A stretch of 64,000 bases of DNA from a bacterium (GTDB taxonomy: Bacteria > SM23-31). The stretch is taken from positions 1,184,001-1,248,000 of the forward strand of contig OZ252239.1 of NCBI GenBank assembly GCA_965249485.1, written 5' to 3'. Positions 61,122 through 64,000 of the stretch are shown here, in pieces. How positions within the stretch are numbered: position 1 is the stretch's first letter; every line of letters starts with the position of its first letter. Made by a program: the position numbers and the translations under genes. Below the pieces are notes generated by a model, which was given only the letters and a program-made list of their open reading frames with translations, made no database searches and was not told where the DNA came from.

Positions 61122-63737
61122 ATGGACATTGAAAAATACACCATTAAAGCCCAGCAGGCATTTGCCGCTGCAAAGCGGTTAGCATCTGACCTTACCCACC
61201 AGCAGATCGAACCGGAACACCTATTTCTCGGTCTACTGGATGACGGCCGGAGCACCGTTGTTTCGATTTTGAAAAAAATTGGACTGCAGCCGGATGCAAT
61301 GAAAATGGAAACGGAAGAACTCCTCGGTAAGATTCCGAAAGTTTCCGGTTCCGGTGTTGAACAGATATATCTCTCACATCGCTCGGCTCAAGTTGTGGAC
61401 AATACCCTGAAAGAAGCGGAGCAGTTAAAAGACGAGTTTATTTCCACCGAGCATCTTCTGCTGGCCCTAGCAGACGAGAGTGAGTTTGCCGGGGCAATAT
61501 TTGACAGTCAGGGTATCAAAAAGGACGATATTATTCAAGCGCTGCAATCGATACGGGGTTCGCAGCGGGTTACTGATCAAAATCCGGAAGAAAAATACCA
61601 AGCGTTAGAGCAGTATTCGCAGGACCTGAACGCTCTTGCCCGAAAGGGAAAACTTGATCCGGTCGTCGGGAGAGATGAAGAAATCAGGCGAATACTGCAG
61701 GTCCTGAGCAGACGGACAAAAAACAATCCGATCCTCCTCGGTGATCCCGGCGTCGGAAAGACAGCAATTGCAGGGGGACTCGCACACCGGATTATTGCGG
61801 GTGATGTTCCTGAATCCCTCCGGACAAAACGGGTCATGGCGCTCGATCTCGGTGCTTTGATTGCCGGAGCAAAATTCCGTGGGGAATTCGAAGACCGGCT
61901 CAAGGCAGTCCTGAAAGAGATTGAAGATTCGGATGGGGAGGTGATCCTTTTCATCGATGAGATTCATACGCTTGTTGGTGCGGGAGCTGCCGAGGGTTCA
62001 ATGGATGCGTCGAACATGTTGAAACCTGCCCTTGCGCGTGGTGAATTGAAGTGTATTGGCGCAACGACACGGGGAGAGTATCAGAAATATATCGAAAAAG
62101 ATCCCGCACTCGAACGGCGGTTTCAGCCGGTAACAATTCAGGAACCCCGGATAGAAGATACCGTCTCGATACTCAGAGGATTGAAAGAGCGGTATGAAGT
62201 CCATCACGGCGTCCGAATCACGGATGGAGCTCTCATCCAGGCTGCTGTATTGTCGGACAGATATATAACCGAGCGGTTCCTGCCTGACAAGGCAATCGAT
62301 CTGATCGATGAAGCAGCATCGAAGCTCAGAATTGAGATCGATAGTGTTCCGGAAGAACTCGATGAGATTGAACGGAAAATCTAACAGCTCGAAATCGAAC
62401 GTGAAGCAATAAAAAAAGATAAGAACGATGCGGCAAAAGCACGCCTTGACAACATAAAAAAAGAATTGGCAGACCTGACCGAGCAATCGAATGGACTCCG
62501 GGCACACTGGGGACTCGAAAAAGAGACTATCAAAACGATCCGCGGATTGAAAGAAGCAATCGAAGTCGCGAAACATGAAGAATCAAATGCGGAGCGTGAA
62601 GGGAATCTTGCACGCGCAGCCGAATTGAAATACGGGACAATAAAAGAGCTTGAGAAGCAGCTTATCGAAGCAAACGAAAAACTGTTGGAAATCCAGAAGG
62701 AGAGAAAGCTCCTGAAAGAAGAGGTCGATGAAGAAGATATAGCTGAAATTGTTTCCCGTTGGACTGGCATACCGGTTTCGAAAATGGTTGAATCCGAGCG
62801 GGAAAAGCTTATGCACATGGAGGAGAGGCTCCATATGCGCATTGTCGGTCAAGACGAAGCAGTGATGGCTGTATCCAATGCAGTACGCCGTTCACGAATA
62901 GGCCTGCAATCACCCGACAGGCCGATAGGGACATTCATTTTTCTCGGCAGTACTGGCGTCGGCAAGACCGAACTTGCACGGGCTTTGGCAGAATATCTGT
63001 TCGACGATGAACGCGCTGTCATAAGGATCGACATGTCGGAATACATGGAGCGTCACTCGGTCGCACGGCTCATCGGTGCGCCACCGGGCTATGTCGGATA
63101 CGAAGAGGGTGGGCAACTAACAGAAGCGGTCAGAAGGAATCCCTATTCTGTAATTCTTCTCGATGAGGTTGAAAAAGCCCATACCGACGTATTCAACATC
63201 CTTTTGCAGGTGCTCGATGATGGCAGATTAACTGATAATAAAGGGCGTACCGTCAATTTTAAAAATACGATCATCATCATGACTTCGAACATTGGAGCAC
63301 CGTACATTATGGAAAAAATAGTACAGATGACCGATGAGAATGAAGACCAACTCTATGCGGATATCAGTTCTGAACTCTTGAGGCAACTGCGACAGCAAAT
63401 TAGCCCTGAATTTCTGAACCGGATCGATGAAATCATTTTATTCAAGGCGCTTCACCGGGAGCAGTTGCGAAAAATCGTCGACATCCAGTTTAGCAGATTG
63501 GAGCAATTGAGCAAACAGACAGGGCTCAGTCTTGAACTGACTGGCGCGGCCCGTGACTATCTCGCTGATGCAGGATACGACCCTGCCTTCGGTGCTCGGC
63601 CTCTCAAGCGGGTGATCCAAAAGAAAATTGCCGATCCCTTGGCCTCAAAAGTTTTATCCGGGGAGATCAAAAACGGAAACAGTGTTCTGATCAGCACACA
63701 AAACGGTTCCCTTGCTTTTTCCGTGCAGCCTGCATGA
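61122..63737 (+). pseudogene. clpB: Chaperone ClpB with an in-frame TAA at 62382-62384 (nonsense mutation or base error)
   Basis: Both ORFs share a frame: [59 protein letters not shown]. Confidence 0.92.
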
Positions 63738-63842
63738 TAGGTTAAAAAGTCGGAATATGTTCAAGTTTTGATACAAAATAATTGATATTAATGTTGAGAT
63801 ATTTTACATTGTGTAGTTGAAAGAATTTGAGGAGATGTTTTT

Positions 63843-64000
63843 ATGCGGTTTTATCTGATTTTCGGAACGATGGTTTTGGTAGCAATTAGTTCACTTTTCT
63901 GTTCAAAAACGCTGACTGAAGAAGAACTTTTTACGAAAGCTCAGGAAGAATTAAAAGAGAAAAATCCGGTTGAAGCTGTACGGTCATACGAACAAATTGT
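63843..64000 (+). CDS. Putative lipoprotein, TPR/BamD-like (partial)
   Basis: SD GAGGAG; MRFYLIFGTMVLVAISSLFC signal/lipobox-like, then EEELFTKAQEE..AVRSYEQI; runs off the window. Confidence 0.65.
   Translation, partial: MRFYLIFGTMVLVAISSLFCSKTLTEEELFTKAQEELKEKNPVEAVRSYEQI

Noticed and set aside
59466..63620. Long antisense ORFs over dnaK and clpB (also over rho, nnr, ileS and rnr)
   Set aside because: These are shadow frames of conserved genes, with no motifs or RBS.
10021..63737. Stop-codon reassignment as the explanation for in-frame stops (TGA in the epimerase relic, TAG in the flavin reductase, TAA in clpB)
   Set aside because: Three different codons are involved, all three end normal genes in the window, and two of the genes also have frameshifts.

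Overview
Mostly housekeeping bacterial chromosome, about 40-45% GC by eye. The gene order (yggS-divIVA-punA-ileS-dksA-lspA-rluD; rho-rpmE-DUF1385-prfA-prmC; BatA-domain and M56-TonB genes) suggests a diderm of the FCB group such as KSB1, Calditrichota or Ignavibacteria (inference). It carries a hydantoinase/oxoprolinase A/B pair, nnr, a C5 haem cluster (ccsA/hemX-hemA-C-D-B-L), folC, hflX, rnr, a radical SAM/GT2/PHP/GT2 cluster, a split GMP-pyrophosphorylase/PMM-like gene, and dnaK-clpB. I saw no rRNA, tRNA or CRISPR array. The most unusual items are: (1) a BlaI / M56-TonB locus with a perfect operator, a strong internal Shine-Dalgarno (SD) that may produce a nested TonB lipoprotein, and a second AT-rich TonB gene bracketed by 28-bp direct repeats; (2) a GIY-YIG nuclease gene inside the loop of a palindromic element inserted in the hem operon; (3) a primase-type CHC2 zinc finger fused to a FlhG/MinD-type ATPase; (4) a CI/LexA-like repressor lacking all self-cleavage residues, divergent from a small Zn-finger gene with a sigma28-type promoter; (5) a sigma54-type promoter with palindromic upstream boxes at dnaK; (6) a possible ATT start for hflX. 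Several genes have single frameshifts or stops (clpB, GMPP-PMM, a response regulator) that may be assembly errors. All family assignments come from motif recognition by eye; no database searches were run.
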